A stretch of 64,000 nt of DNA from the human T2T-CHM13v2.0 reference genome, Homo sapiens, in NCBI RefSeq assembly GCF_009914755.1, contig NC_060930.1, one strand, 5' to 3'. The notes beneath the pieces are model-generated. The model was not told the origin of the DNA. It searched no databases and worked only from the letters and a program-made list of their open reading frames with translations. This document shows positions 18,803 through 40,858 of this stretch, one piece after another. How positions within the stretch are numbered: position 1 is the first letter of the stretch; each line of letters starts with the position of its first letter. The position numbers and the translations under genes were made by a program.

Positions 18803-19204
18803 CTACAACAATTGCCATGAGGCCATGCTGTGCAGAAGTTGCTGTTCTTCGATTTCCATGAGCCCCTCTGAATCCTTCCATAAAGCCTAAAACCCCCTTT
18901 TCCTGAGATACAGTGGATGGGTTTCTTTTTTTCCTTTTTTTAATTTTTTGAGATGGAGTCTTGCTCTGTCGCCTAGGCTGGAGTGCAGTGGCATGATCTC
19001 AGCTGCTGCAATCTCTACCTCCCGGGTTCCAGTGATTCTCCTGCCTCAGCCTCCCAAGTAGCTGGGATTACAGGCATGCACCACCACAGAATACTAATTT
19101 TTTTTCTTTTCTTCTTTCTTTTTTTCCTTGAAACCAAAGAGGCTTCGTCTAGAGTAGGAGGAAACTTGAAATAATTTACAAGGCTTGAACTTCTTTACAA
19201 TTGA

Positions 19205-19438
<234 letters not shown>

Positions 19439-21089
19439 TAGTAGAGACCAGGTTTCACTATGTTGGCTAGCTGGTCTCAAACTCCTGACCTCAAGTGATC
19501 CTCCCACTTTGGCCTCCCAAAGTGCTGGGATTATAGGCATGAGCCACCCCTCCCAGCCCTGGAGCAGCTTTTAAGCACAGTAAAAAGTGGTGTCATATAG
19601 TTATCTATTGTTGTGAATGATACCACCTCAAACTTGGAGGCTTAGATAACAACCATCACTTCTTTTGCTCATAAATACTTGGGGCAAGGCTTGGTAGAGA
19701 CAGCTTGTTTCTGCTCCACTTGGCATCAGCAGGGGAATTCAAAGGCTAGGGTGGAATCACGGAAGCCTCAATCACTCACTCCCTTGCTCCCATTTGAGGA
19801 CTGGTGCTGGCTGAAAGGGGCCCTGGCTGGGGCTCTCCGCCAGACACCTACACATGGTCTCTCCATGTGGTTTCTCCCCTTCCTTGTGGCATGGTAATTG
19901 GGTTCCAAGAATAAGCATTCCTAGAGGACTGGGTGGAAACCATATCACCTTTTATGACCCAGCCTTGGAAGATACCTGATTTAAGAGGAGAGAGCATAAA
20001 TGATGGATGGAGTGTTAACATTACGTTGCATGTTGGATGGGAGATATTGCAGTGCTTGTTTTTGGAAAATATAATCTGCCACTTATAGCTAATGAGCTAC
20101 AGATGTTAGGAGGTTGGAGAGAGTGGAGAAAGCCCCTGGCCCACATGCAGACAACTGCATATAAAATGTAGCAGAAGATTAAGAGGCTGATAAAGCTGCT
20201 GCTGCAGAGAGGAGACAGAACTCTAAAAAGGATGTGTGACACACAGAGCACAGACACACTTAGTGCAGGTGCAAGCTGCCTAGCTGACCTCGGTAACGCC
20301 TGAAACTCTCACTATTCAACAGCAAAGAATGTTGAACCTGAGTCTTCTGTTAGGAAGTTAAGCATGGGGTGATATATTTTGGAATGATTTACATCAGAAA
20401 TTATTAAAATAATGTTTTGGGTTTTAAATGGATTACTTCAATGACATGAGATTAACTTTCCTTTATAATGATAGACAAATATTACTACAGTATCCAATAG
20501 GTATTTTATGTTTTACCTTCCAATGAGAAAGAGCAACCTACCTTATAGATCTTTTTAAGACATCATTCCAGCCCAGGCGCGGTGGCTCACGCCTGTAATC
20601 CCAGCACTTTGGGAGTACAAGGTGGGTGGGTCACCTGAGGTCAGGAGTTCAAGACCAGCCTGGCCAACATGGTGAAACCCCATCTCTACTAAAAATACAA
20701 AAATTAGTCGGGCGTGGTGGCACACATCTGTAATCCCAGCTACTCGGAGGCTGAGGCAGGAGAATCACTTGAACCCAGGAGGTGGAGGTTGCAGCGAGCT
20801 GCGATCATAGCACTGCACTCCAGCCTGGGTGACAGAGCAAGACTCTGTCTAAAAAACAAAAAAAGATATCATTCCATCATCTTCCAGCCTCTATTGATAT
20901 TGAAGATAAGTCTGTTGTTACTATATTTGAGTTCCTTTGTAGGTCATCATCTTATTTCCCCAGAGGCATGTAAGATTTTTCTTTTTGTCTTTGGTGTACT
21001 GCATTTGCTCATATATGTGTGTCTACCTGTGGAATTAGAAAAATGATTCTGCTCAGGGCTCAATATGATTCTTCATTCTGATGATACAT

Positions 21090-22137
<1,048 letters not shown>

Positions 22138-23517
22138 AGGGCCTGTGTCTTTCTTCACTTTGGAAAGATTTGTGTTAGACACATCTGCCCAGTAAATACT
22201 ATACTGGGTTACTGAAAAACTTGTAATGACTCTTTGTTGCCTGTTGTTCCAACGGGAGTGCACCCTGGCCCCTCTGCCTAGCATCAAAGACATGCCATTA
22301 ACTATGGGAGAAATAATGTCTTACCTTTAATGCTAAAATAAGACAGTATAAAAAGAGGCATTATTGGTGCTCTGCCCAGATCTTTTCAGATCTCTCAGGT
22401 TCCATTCTCTCTCCCAGTTTCTGTGTGATTTTATTTCTAAGAGCCATGCACCTGTGACTCTTTTTGGAGGATTACTCCAGGGCTACTGGAACTGCTTCAC
22501 CCAGGTTCAGAAACTAGTTGCTTATGTCCCCTTAGAGCAGTACTTAGCCCATCTTAAGTACTTAACCAATTTGACAGCTGTGGAAACATGAAAGCCCAGC
22601 TTCCTTGCCTTGAGATAAACTCTGAGGTATAATTTAAACTCCAGGCAGGCTGAGCCCAGGACTTTGCCTGAAATTATAGCCTTTCTTGGCTTCATCTTCT
22701 CCTCTGTCCTGCTCTTCAAACTCCTTTTATGGATTCTCCTAGGAACACTTCCTTAATAAATCACTTGCCCACAGTCCTTGACTCAGGGTCTACTTCTGGG
22801 GAACCTATCCTGAAACAGTTCCCAATTATTCACTACCAAACAGGTTGCCATGTGACTTGCAGTGTCTGGGAGGAGGAGGAGGAATCTATTCCTCAGCCCC
22901 AACTGAGTCAAGCTCGGCCATGTGATGTGCTTTCAACAATGGAATGTGATAAAAAAATACTGTATGCCATACATTACTTGACTCCTCAGATTCATCACCT
23001 GCTACTGGAATTGGTCTTTTCTCTGGGGAAATACCATGATAGGGGCTGTTCCTTCAGCCTGGGTCTCAGAACAAGACAGGTCAAGCATAACCACAGCTGA
23101 CACACTAATATGAACAAGGACAAACCTTTATTATTTTAAGACACAGATTTTGGGGTTGTTTCTGCAGCCTAACCTAAAAGATATAATACAGGCAGCATAG
23201 CGTAGTAGTCAAGAGCATGCACCCTGGAGTTACATAGCTTGGGGTCAAAGCCAAGCTCTACTACTTACTAGCTGTATAACCTTGGCCAAGTTACCTGAGC
23301 CTCAGTTTCTCCATTTGTAAAATGGGGATATGAATGATATCCACCTCATAAGGTTATTGTGGTGATCAAATGAGTTAACATATATAAAGTGCTTCAAATT
23401 GTGCCTGGTATATGTTTAATAAATATTAACCAAAGTGCTACAGTTATGAACTGACATGGTTCATTCCCAAATTTCCAATGTTTTCTCCTGCAACCACTGA
23501 ACTTGTTGGTTGCCTCC

Positions 23518-23885
23518 TGTAATGGGTTGAATATTTGTGTCCTCCCAAACATTCATATGTTGAAATCCTAACCCCTAATGTGATAGTGTAAGGAGGTGGG
23601 GAGGTTGGGCCTTTGGGAGGTAATAAAGTCACGAGGAAGGAGCCCTCATGAATGGGATTAATGCCCTTATAAAAGGGATCCCAGGGAACTCTTGGACTCT
23701 CTCTTTCTTTCATATGAGGATATAACAAGACTGCAACCCAGAAGAGGGCCCTCGGCAGAACCCAACCATGCTGGCACCCCCATCTTGGACTTGCAGTCCC
23801 CAGAACTATGAGAAATACATTTCTGTTGCTTATAAGTCACTCAATCTATGGTACTTTGTTATAGCAGCCTGAATCGATTAAGACA
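23518..23885 (+). mobile_element. MaLR solo LTR (MST-like) with 5-bp TSD CCTCC
   Basis: TG...CA termini, GAGCCCTCATGAATGGGATTAATGCCCTTATAAAAG motif, CCTCC at 23513-23517 and 23886-23890. Confidence 0.85.
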
Positions 23886-24899
23886 CCTCCCCAGCATCCC
23901 TTCCACTCTTCCCACAACTCTCAGTTTGTACTTGGGGATTTATGTGGTTCTGAGGAAACTGATTTCATTGAGCCTTAATGTGGCCTCATATGAGCCAAAC
24001 AACCAGTAGTGTGCTGGTAAACCAGCTCCCAGGAGGATGGGGAGGGAAGCCCAAGTTTCCATGCTGTAAATACTCCCTCATGGACAATGTCAAGCTACCA
24101 GTGGTTTAACAACTGGCTGGGCAAAGTTCCCAAATATTTAACAATTGCCTGGTGAGCCAGTACTAGCAGGCTCCAGCACACCACATGCCACCCCTCTAGC
24201 CGTGAGTAAGTGCAAACTGCTCCAATCAGTGTGATGCTCAGGACTTTTGCAACTCTCATCAAACACAAACAATTCCCCTGCATGTTTCATTTGCATGCAG
24301 ATGCATTTGTGCCATGTTTTACGCATGCTCCGTGTGCGGCCAGCAAGATGTGACGGGGTGTGCAGTGGTGTGTGGGCTTTGTTGGGCGTGGAGAGATGAG
24401 TGTCATTTGTGTGTTGTGTGTGGAGGTGAGTGCTCGTGTATCTAAAAAGAGCTTTCAATATGCATTAGGCTGGACAAATGAAATTTCAAGTATTTGATCA
24501 GCTTTGATCTACATAAAGGGCAATTTCATACGATTCAACCTAATAGATCAAATACACATGAAAATATGTCAGAAGGAGGAAGGATGGAAGGAAGAAGGTA
24601 GAGGTGGAGGAGGAGGTAGATCCTACCAGAAGCAAATCCGAAGTATGAGCATTTGGAGTTTTAAAAGCGATGTTAATCCCTCAATCCAAAAAAAGTATTA
24701 ATTTTGGACAATTCACTACTTTACTGTCCTAACTCAACTACATACCTCTTGGAAGCATCACATTATACCTTACAAGCTTACCTAACACCCTCATTCTTCC
24801 AGCCTTGGTGAGAAATTCAGAAAGGTCTCTGGGGAAAGATTTCTGCGAGCACCTTTTGACAGGTTTTGGGGGGACCCTCAGGGTCCCGCTATCCAGGGA

Positions 24900-25870
<971 letters not shown>

Positions 25871-26105
25871 AATGACACACACATCTCAGCCTCCACACCA
25901 AACACAACTCACAATATATACACAACACTCAACTCTGCTCACCAATGACCTGAATATGTCCCTTGACACACCAAACACAGCACACACAATACACACATTA
26001 GTGCTTATACATGCACACACTACAAACACCTGCATTTAGGCAAGAGACTACACGAGTCACTAGCACCCACATAGCGAGTTTCACACCAGACACATATACA
26101 CCACA

Positions 26106-26257
26106 GGCATTCTTCCCTCCTCACACGAACGACATGTACATTCCACACTACACCAAATACAAAACATACATTTACACCACTGGCATTCTTCCCTCCTCAC
26201 ACGAACGACATGTACATTCCACACTACACCAAATACAAAACATACATTTACACCACT
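26106..26257. repeat. Perfect 76-bp tandem duplication in CA-rich sequence
   Basis: GGCATTCTTCCCTCC...CATTTACACCACT at 26106-26181 and 26182-26257. Confidence 0.95.
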
Positions 26258-26692
26258 ACTGAAAAAACACATTCATTGCACACAAATGGCATGCGTACGA
26301 AGGTTACCCATATACGCTAAATCCAACACACTATATATACAAGCCCTAACGCATGCATGCATCTTACAAGCAACATGGACACATACATAGCAACGTAAAC
26401 CCAGCACACAAATCCAAATGTGCCACCAGATCCACACTAAGCCCTCTATGCCAAACATGAATAATCACATGTGTAACCACACCTCAGCACACACTACTTA
26501 TATGTACCACGCCAAACGAAATCACACCCACATCTGACCTACACACCCCTACGTACACCTAGAATGACCAACCGTCCCTGTGTGCCCAGGACTGGCTCGG
26601 TTTTAGCATTGAAAGTCCTGTGTCCTTGGAAGCCCCTCAATTCTGCGCTATCCCGAACAGTTAGTCACCCTATGCATTGTTTAGATGAATTA

Positions 26693-27164
<472 letters not shown>

Positions 27165-28985
27165 TTAAGAACAATGAGGAGCTGTCAACACCTTCCAAAA
27201 AAAGGAAAGAAGCAGAGAGGCCTAACCACACCTGACTTTGGGGTTTTACCCTTGGCAAAGCACTTTTACTGAACTTATCTCATCTGATCCTTACAAAAAC
27301 ATGTGAGCATAGGTGCTGTTATGACAGCGATGCCGGAGAAGTCCAGGTCAGACAGATCAGGTCTGGGGGGAGTCGCATCCCCCTGCTTCCCCTACCCAGA
27401 TTCCTCCTCTCTTGTCAGCTGTCTGCACAACCCCCTTTATTCCCCATCCTGGCTGAGACACCGTGGTTGGAATCAAGAAGCCACCCGTCTTGAGCTACCA
27501 CCTTCAAAAGCCTTTCATTCCCTCCTAATGGGGCAAGGCGCCAAGGCTGCCCCACCCTAGGGGTGGATTAGGTCTCCGCCTCCCTGTTGGGGTTTAAGGT
27601 ACATCAAAAGAGCTCCCTGCACCAAAATAGCACTTGCAAGCCCTGCCTGGTAGCCTGAAATGATACCAGGAGAGTCCCCTTTTAGATTAAGGCTTCGTAC
27701 CTCAAAGACATGTTCAAAGTGCACCTGTGTCCCTGGGAAGGACTCCCACGCTGCAGCCTCCAGCACCTTCACTGGCATTGTCTTGCCTGTCACTCCGTGC
27801 ATTGCAACAGACATTGCCTAATGCCAGCTTGCTGATGGAATTAGATTGTCTCTAGCAAGACCTGTGGGAATGGGGCACAGGATAGAATAGTTCTGAGCCT
27901 GGGTGAGGGAGGGTGTGAGAAGGGTCAGTGACTTAGCGAGGGGGAAACATGATAGAAGAGGTAGAGGGTGTTGAGAAGGATGGGACATGTCCTTGGCAGG
28001 AGTGGAGGAGACCCTGAGTCTAAGAAGGAAGGCAGAAGGATTACACGAGCTTTCCAGAGATGACAGGAAGTAAAAAAGGGCTGAGCGTATAGGATGAGCA
28101 TATTCTGGGGAGTAGGGGTCTGTGCCTGAGGAGGGGGCTATTTGTGGGGGACATTCTGGTTTGTAGGCAATCACAGAGCACTCCTCTGTGGAAGCTGAAG
28201 GAAAAAAATGTCATGGCATGGGAAAATGTTTGTGATCTGTTGATGAGTGAAGAAAAAACAGAACATAGAGTAGGATCCCTATTTTGTAACAATAGCTGGA
28301 AAGACATCAAAACATTAGTGGTGCTTATCCCCGCTGTATCAAGGGTGACTTGCATTTCTTCGTGGAGCCTTTCTATAGTTTTCAGATTTTCTTCAATGAA
28401 CTTGGAATATGATTTTTTTAATATCATGAAAAGGGTTGTTTCAGAGGAGGATTCATTGATTATTTATTGAGTGCTTATTAAATTCTCCAGTGTTGACACC
28501 ACATGTGATGTGGAGGCTGGAAGCCATAGTCATTGTTGCTCTTAGCTCTAGTCATGGCACAGAGGTACAGTTCAGTGCAGAAGGACATGGACTCTGGAAC
28601 TAGACTGCCTGGTTTCAAATCCTTCTTCTGTACCTGTGTGGCCTGGGCAAATGGCTTGACCTTTCTGTGTTTTAGTTGCCTCATCTGTAAAATGGGGGTA
28701 ATAACAGTACCTGTAAGGATTAGTTGAGCTGATACATGTGAACACTCAGAAGAGCAACTGGTATAAGATAATCACAACCTGAGTGTCAGTGGTTATTGTC
28801 ATTAGTGGTTAAGAGCTTTGCCTCTGGAGCCAGCCTGTCTGGGTTCAAATCCTTGCTCTGTTTCTGTCTGGCTTGAGAAGTGGTTTCATCTCTATCTCTA
28901 CCTCAGTTTCCTAATCTGTAAAATGGGGATAAAAGTAATGGTGCCTCATTCCTGAAATGAGTAATGGTGAAAATTAACCAAGTAA

Positions 28986-29378
<393 letters not shown>

Positions 29379-29971
29379 TGAGGGTGAGGAATCACACAGC
29401 ACCCTGTATAGTGCCAGCCTGGGGTCCAGGATGCATAGACGGTTGTGGTGGGCACTGCAGGATGGCCCCATTCTCTCTCTATCTTGCCTCTCCTGTGTCC
29501 TCCTTCAGCTCGGGTTATTCTGGTCCTTCAAGTTTTAGAACTGTGGCCCCCCAGGTGTCACATCTGCCCCCCAGAGACCGCTACTTCCCTGATCTTTATT
29601 CAGCCACACACACAGGTGGGTTGATGGTGAAACCGATGAAAGGAGGCTTCTAGGACTCTCATTTGCATAGGGGTGCCTAGTATTATAATTGCCTTCTTTA
29701 TCGTGAAGAAGGCCTCTATCATTGCATAAACTTCAGCCCCACCACACATGGATGGATCTTCTCTTGGTTTTAGGAAGGGGGCTCCCAATTCAGATTTCCA
29801 CGGCCCCATCAGCTGAAATCTAGCCCCTTTCATTAACTGGATCTGGTCACCAGAGACCCACCCTGGGTGGTATTTTTTGCCCACATGAGCCTGTATATAG
29901 ATATATAGATAGTCTCTGACTTATGATGGTTCAGCTTATAATTTTTTTACTTTATCATAAAATTGAGGAAC

Positions 29972-29973
<2 letters not shown>

Positions 29974-30021
<48 letters not shown>

Positions 30022-30045
30022 ATCTATCTATGTCTATATCTATCT
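29974..30045. repeat. (TATC)n tetranucleotide STR
   Basis: Direct inspection; lies in an MLT2-like LTR remnant. Confidence 0.95.
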
Positions 30046-30261
30046 GAATATATTCTTGTATTGGTTCTGTTTCTCTGGAGAACCCCGACTAATACAGTAG
30101 GTCTGAATGTAAGTTGTCTTCTTGTTTGGAAAAATCATTCTGAATGGGAGTGACTCTTCGTGATGTAGGTGGATGGGCGGGGCAGCTGGTCTGGGAGACC
30201 TCAGTAGGTCTTGTTTCTGCCCCGCAACTTCTGAGCAGGCTTGGACATAAACTTTCAGTCA

Positions 30262-30644
<383 letters not shown>

Positions 30645-31885
30645 CTATGTGTGTTTGTAATAACAGAAAACTAGAGACATCCTAAATGTTCACCCGTGTG
30701 TTGAAGTCCAATGCAGCAGTAAAAAGGAAAGGGCAGGATTTCTATGTACTGATGTGGAAAGCCACTAAGATAAATTGAGTGCAAAAACAATGTGCCCAAC
30801 ACTGTGTTTCCATTCAAGCAGATTAAAAATATATATGTATATTGTGTATAGGTCCCCAGCCCCTCATCCACAATTCCCAAATCCAAAAGGCTCTGGAAAC
30901 CAAAACTTTTTTCTTTGGTTTGTGGCAAATTTATTTGGTAGCAAAACCAGAGCTAAAAGGATGTGAAGCCATTTGCAGTTTTTAATTGTCCCTGTTAGTG
31001 TGAATACATTACAGCCCACAGCTAGCAGGACCTACTGTCTTGGTTTGCCTGGGATTGAAGGGGTTCCCTGGACATGGAACTGGAACAGTCTGGGGCAAAC
31101 TGGCTGACTGCTCACCCTGGGCGGAGCCCGCTGGTGTTGTGGAATACAGGCTGTATGCACTTTATTACCTGTCTAAAATGGGAAAAGTTCTAGATTCTGC
31201 AACCCATCTGTGCCCAAGGGTTTCAGCTGAAGGACCTGGATGTTCTTAGACTATCTGTGGGAAGGGGACACAAGCCACCAGCCACAGCCTCTGGGAAGAA
31301 AATGGGTAGCTGGAGGGTAGGGGTAGGAGGGAGAGTTTTCACTGAATAGCCTTTTGCATCTTTTGACTGTGGACCATGTGAATGTATTATCTACTGAAAA
31401 AATAAATACAGGAAACTATGGACAAACAAAACGCTCTGCACTTTTGACTAAACTACAAATAGAATTTTAAAGATTTTGGAAAAAATAAATTACTGTGATG
31501 CTGTCAAAGCAATGCTTGTCTTTTGGATTCTGCTGATTCCAGTGTATCCTGTTCTCAGAGCCACTTGTCTATTGAACCCTAGTCTGGGAGTCTGGCTTTT
31601 TGTTTTCTGAGCTCAGGGGGCTGTGTAGGTCTCTCCTAGAGCAGCAGGTAGACTAAAGCTCCTACTTCAGCAGCACGCTCCACAGTCAGGGGTGATTTTT
31701 TTTTTTCCTGGTTGGTAGTTATTATTATTTTGAAAAATCCAGAACAATCATGCAAAGCAAGTAGAAACAGGCTGGGCCAGCTGAGAGTGACCATATGCCC
31801 TGGGTCTCTTGGTGATATAATTAGCTGTTTTCTTCCAGTGGTGAGTGGGTGGCTCACTCTTCTGGCACCCTGCAAGGCCGCATGA

Positions 31886-31925
31886 TGATGCAACAATGCA
31901 ACAAAAGACAAGCCCGGGCAAGGCC
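31886..31925. promoter_or_regulatory. Distal p53 enhancer / lincRNA-p21 promoter element with adjacent C/EBP-ATF-type motif
   Basis: AGACAAGCCC GGGCAAGGCC (31906-31925, 19/20 consensus, no spacer) and TGATGCAAC (31886-31894). Confidence 0.85.
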
Positions 31926-34900
31926 AGCGGGAGCTCTGCCGGCCAGAGTTGCTGATGCGAGGCGATGCACGGGTGTGGGGAGGGTGTTTCAGGGCTGCAG
32001 GGAAGTGGGAGGCCCCAACTGCCCAGGAGGCAAAACTGGCCTCCTGCTCACTCAGCCATGAGCTTTTCTACCCCAAACCCTGGCTCACTCCTTCCTTCCC
32101 TCCTCCCTGTTCAGTGGCAGAATCTATTCCTAGTTCACTCAGTCTCCCAGGGGTTAAAGGGTCCGTTGAGACTTCTAGAAGTGAGATAGAGGGGCCTGTG
32201 CAAGGAGAGACTAAATCAGGCTTCCCAAGCCTTGAGGATGGAGGGTGGGGAGCTTTCAATTACCTGGGGAGATTTTTTCAAAATATCTGTACACTTGTGC
32301 AGCCGGCAGACCCTTATCCAATTTTAATTCAGTGGGTTGAGATAGGGCTGGCACTTGGAATATGTATTTTAATTGTGTTAATTATTATCTAAGATGGTAT
32401 TAACGATTTAAAAATATATATTAAGAAGAATAAGCCTACTTTACACCCCAAGACAGACAGGCTGTGCACAGCACAACTCCACTGGTGGGTGCTGTCCACC
32501 CAGGCTTCCTAATGGTGCCCTGGAGGGGGTAACACAATGGACCTGCTCCTCTCTCCAGAGGCAGCCATTGCCACTGTTTCCTGTGTCTCTCCTTTTTTTT
32601 TTTTGTTTTTTTTTTTGAGACAGGGTCTCACTCTGCTGCCCAGACTGGAGTGCAGTGGCACAATCTTGGCTCACTGCAGTCTCGACCTCCTGGGCTCCTA
32701 CCTTAGCCTCCCCAGTAGCTGGGACCACAGGCGTGTACCACCACACCTGGCTAATTTTTGTATTTTTTTGTAGAGACAGGTTTTCACCATGTTGCCCAGG
32801 CTGGTCTCTAACTCCTGGGCTCAAGTGATCCCTGTGCCTCGGCCTCTCAAAGTGCTGGGATTACAGGAGTGAGGCAGTGTGTGGCCCCAGACTTTGATGT
32901 TGACTAGTTTAAAAAGAAAAAGGAAAAGCTGTGTACCAGAAGGAGGAAATCGGGTCCTGCTGTGTAACTTTAGGCTAGTCTCACTGTCTCTTTGTGGCCT
33001 GGTTTCCTCCTTTGGGAACTGAAGAGGATCATGCCTACCTCATTTTTCTCAGTCTCTCCGGAGAATGGTAAGATTATAGCTATGAAAGCACCCATTTTAG
33101 ACATGAAGATATTGAGGTCCAAGTTCATGTTCTGCACAGGTGGCATTCTTCTTATTCTTGTGGCTGCGTCCAGAGACTCAGTAGGAAAAGACCCTCTTAC
33201 CGGAAGATGGGGGAGAGGAAGGAGTCCTGTCTGCCATGCTCCCAGCTTTGATGGAGATGGCTAGTGGGTCATCACAAATCTGTGCGGCCCTCTGGGGACT
33301 ACATTGACCTGTGCATCCGGGGGTGCATCCAAGTTCTCACCAATGGAACGTGGGTGGGAGATGATGCCAGTCCCTTCTGAGCCTGGTGTGAAGAAATGCA
33401 CGTGGCTTCTTTGGCACTTTCCCCTACCTCCAGCTGCAGTCAGAGATCATGAGGCCCCAGGGAATGGTGGAGCCACATGGTGGAAAGAACCTAAGAACCT
33501 GAATCACCACACGGAGGGCAGCCACCGGCCCACCAGAACACCTCTATTGGATTCATATGTGAGTGAGAAATAAACTTGTATTTGGCTTGTCACTGAAATG
33601 TGAGAGTTTATTTATTACAGGAGCTAGTGTCGTCCTATCACTCACCCTGACTTTTCTTCATAAGTCCAGTCCTAAGCTGCTAGGATGGGCGTAGGAGGAG
33701 ACATCAGCAATGATTCCTCCCAGCAGATACAGGGTTGTTAGAAACCACTGAGGATAGGGAAGAGGGAGTGACATCTCCTCCCTGGCTCTGAACTTGGCTC
33801 TAGTGTGGCCACTAGCATTTGGGGCTTGGGGGTTGCAGCTGTCGCATTCCACAGTGGCCCCGATGGCATTACAATTACAGATGACACTTAGAGCCACCCT
33901 AGGGAAGCAAAGGCAAGGACAAGCAGCTGATGGGAGGGGGAGCAGAAGGGCTGCGGCCACAGCCAGAGCCCCGGATCTGCCCTGACCCTGGTCTGTGTCC
34001 CCTTAGCCGAAGCCAGCACTTCCTAGGGTCTCCATTTCTCTGTCTGTATAAGCGTCTAATACCCCTGCCCTGGTTGGGGGAGGGAGGAGCATGTGGATGG
34101 TGAGGAGTGAGAGAATGGATCTGAAACCTGATGTCCCTGAGATTCCACACTGCTGTGCAATCAGAGGCCCCGAACCCAAGCCCCTCAGCCTATGCTGAGG
34201 CTTTTTCTTGGGAGGGGTTTAAAAAATATGTTAGGGAAGAAAAAAAAATCAAAGTGCCCAATTCCTATTATTTTGGGATCATCCAGAAGGCTGTTGTGAG
34301 CTAAGGGACCTGGAGGGGGTGTCTTGGGAGCTTTGAAGGCAGCTCACAGGACTGAATTCAGAATCTGTGGGCAGCTCCCTTTGCTGCCAAATGTCTATTC
34401 TCAGGTGTCACAATCGTTGAAATTCTTCCATTAGGGCTTCATTCCTTTGGATTACTTTTTGTTTCTACACAAAAATGCAAGCAATGATAATCCCCAATAT
34501 GTGTTCAGGGCTTTAGACTTGTTCCAATAATCCTAAAAGACACAGACAGACAGTGAGGCCCAGATACCTGGTGTGGCTACTTCTTCAATCATGCTTCTCC
34601 TGACAGAGTGATTATCGGGCAACTCGACTCCTAGGTATATAGCCAGAAACTCTTGCACATGTGCCCTAGAAACACGGATAAAAATACTTATAGTAGCCCT
34701 ATGTGTAATAACAAAAATTGGCGATAACCCAAACCCATTGATAGGAGAAGGAATAATTGGATATTTAAAAAACTGAAAATGGGCCGGGCATGGTGGCTCA
34801 TGCCTGTAATCCCAAGACTTTGGGAGGTTGAGGCTGAAGTTTGAGCTCAGGTGTTTGAGACCGCCTGGGTAACATAGGGAGACACCACCTCTATTTAAAA

Positions 34901-37193
34901 AAAAAAAATTAGCCAGGCTTCGTGGTGTGCACATGTGGTTCCAGCTACTTGGGAGCTGAGGTAGGAGGATTGCTTGAGGCTGGGAGGTCAAGGCTGCAGT
35001 GAGCCATGATCACACCACTGTACTCCAGCCTGGGCGGCAGATTGAGGCCCTGTCTCAAAATAAATAAGTAAATAACATAGAAACCGGAAAACGATTGAAT
35101 CATGTTTAAGTTACGCATTGCTGCCTAAAAAATCATGTTAAAACACAGTGGCAACCACGATCATTTGTTTGCTCACATTCTATAATTCAGTCGGGGTTTA
35201 CTGGGGATGGCTTGTCTCTACTTCATGTGGCTCCACCTGGGGAGGTTCAACTGGAGCTGGGGGATCAACTCTCAAAATGGTCCTCCTATGGCTGGCAAGT
35301 TGATGCTGACTGTTTGCTGGGAGGTCTGCTGGAACTCTTAGCTAGTGGGCCTTGGTTATCCTGCGTGTGACCTCTCCACAAGACTTCTCACAGCATGATG
35401 GTCTCAGAGTAATCAAACTTCTTACATGGTGGCTTAAGGTCTCTAAGAATACAAAAGCAGTAGAAGTTACTATACCTTTTTAAGGCTTAGGTCTGGAATG
35501 GGCACAGGGTTACTTCTGTCCCATTCTATTGGCTAAAAGAGTCACAAGCCAGAAATGTTCAAGGGGAGGCAACTACAAAACAGTGTGAATACCCAGAGGT
35601 ATACCTCACTGGGAGACATTGACTTCCACAAACCACAACTACCCACAACTACATGGATAAATATTAGGTTAGGTTATGCTTCAGTATCAAATAACCTCTA
35701 CATTTCAGTGACTTCACACACAAATGGTTACTTTTTTCTTATATACCTATCCCATAGAAGTTGGTGGGGCACTCTGCTCCACGCATTCACTCAGGGATCC
35801 AGGCTGATGGAGGCTCCACCATGTTGGAGTGGCACCATTGCACCACCTGGGACATGAGACCTCACCTTTGCCACAACTGTGAAGGACAGAAAGGCTCGAG
35901 AATTTCACCTGGCCTCAGCTCTAAAGAGACAAATGTCACTTATGCTCACATTTCATCAGCTAGGACTAGTCGCATGATCCCATCTACACTGTAAGTGGGG
36001 CTGGAAAATGTTGGAGAACACCTGGAAAAATGGCTGAGCATTACTGTCTTGGCCACATGTGATAGAACTATTTAAAACAAAAAAAGTTTTACATAAGATG
36101 CAAGGTAGTGTTCACTTTGGGGTAGGGGTGGAACACACAAGAAAGTGTCAGTGATTTGTAATATTCTAGTTTTTGGTTTGAGCAGTGAGTGTTAATTATT
36201 TTTTAAAACAAATGAATGAATGAATGGACAAATGAATAAATAAAAGAGAGGGCTCGAGGCAGCAGCACTGAAGCCTAACCTCACAGTACAGGCCAAAAAT
36301 GACCCTTCAATAAACATTCACTGAGTTCCCAGCTGAAGCTGGTAGGCCTCTCCAAGGTACAAAGATGAATAAAATATGGGCTCAGCCCCTCTAAGTGCCC
36401 AGCTCAGAGGATTCAGTAGACACATAAACCAAGCAGGAGGGCAAAGTACAGTGGAGAGTCTTGCTCAGTGGGAGCTCTGGGAGTAGAGGGAGCCCCGAGT
36501 AGGCCTCACCCCAAGTCACATGTGTTGGGTTATGAAGAATCAATAGGAATTCAAAGGTGAAGAATGGAGTGGAGGTGGGGCAAGTTGGTCAGGGACACTC
36601 ATTTTACCAAGAGAGGAAGATTTGTGCAAAGGCACAAAGAGGCCTTCACCCCTCAGGTGGCCTGTGTTCACAGCATTTCCTCACTGCCTTCTAGTCCCTA
36701 AATGATCTGATCAACTTACTCCCTCTGTACTGTACCACCCAGAAGCTTCTGCAAGAGCCAGGCACTTGTCCTCCACAATGGCTGCCATGAGTGTTGGTTG
36801 CCGATGGTTACAGCCAAGTCGTTCCTTGGCCTTAGAGGAGGAAGCTCTCTTGCCCGAGGGCATGCACTCCCCTACTGCAGGGGCAGCCACGTTTAGATGA
36901 CTGTTTGGAAACCCAGGGTGTAAGGGCCTAGCTCTCATGCTTCAATTCAGCGAACTCTGCAGGACCATCCCAGCTCCAGGGCTCCTGGTGGGATCAGCCA
37001 AGTCCTCTGTGGGCCTCCAGCCTCCATCAGTTCCCGGTTCTTCTCTCTGCCCAATTCCGTTTCTTTTATATCCAGACAAGTGTTGATTGTGAATGCACTC
37101 CCCAATAAACTTCCTTCAAGCAAAACTCTATGTCAGAATGTGATTTCTGGGAAACCTACCTAAGATACCCACTAAAATATAGATAATTACTAA

Positions 37194-40858
<3,665 letters not shown>

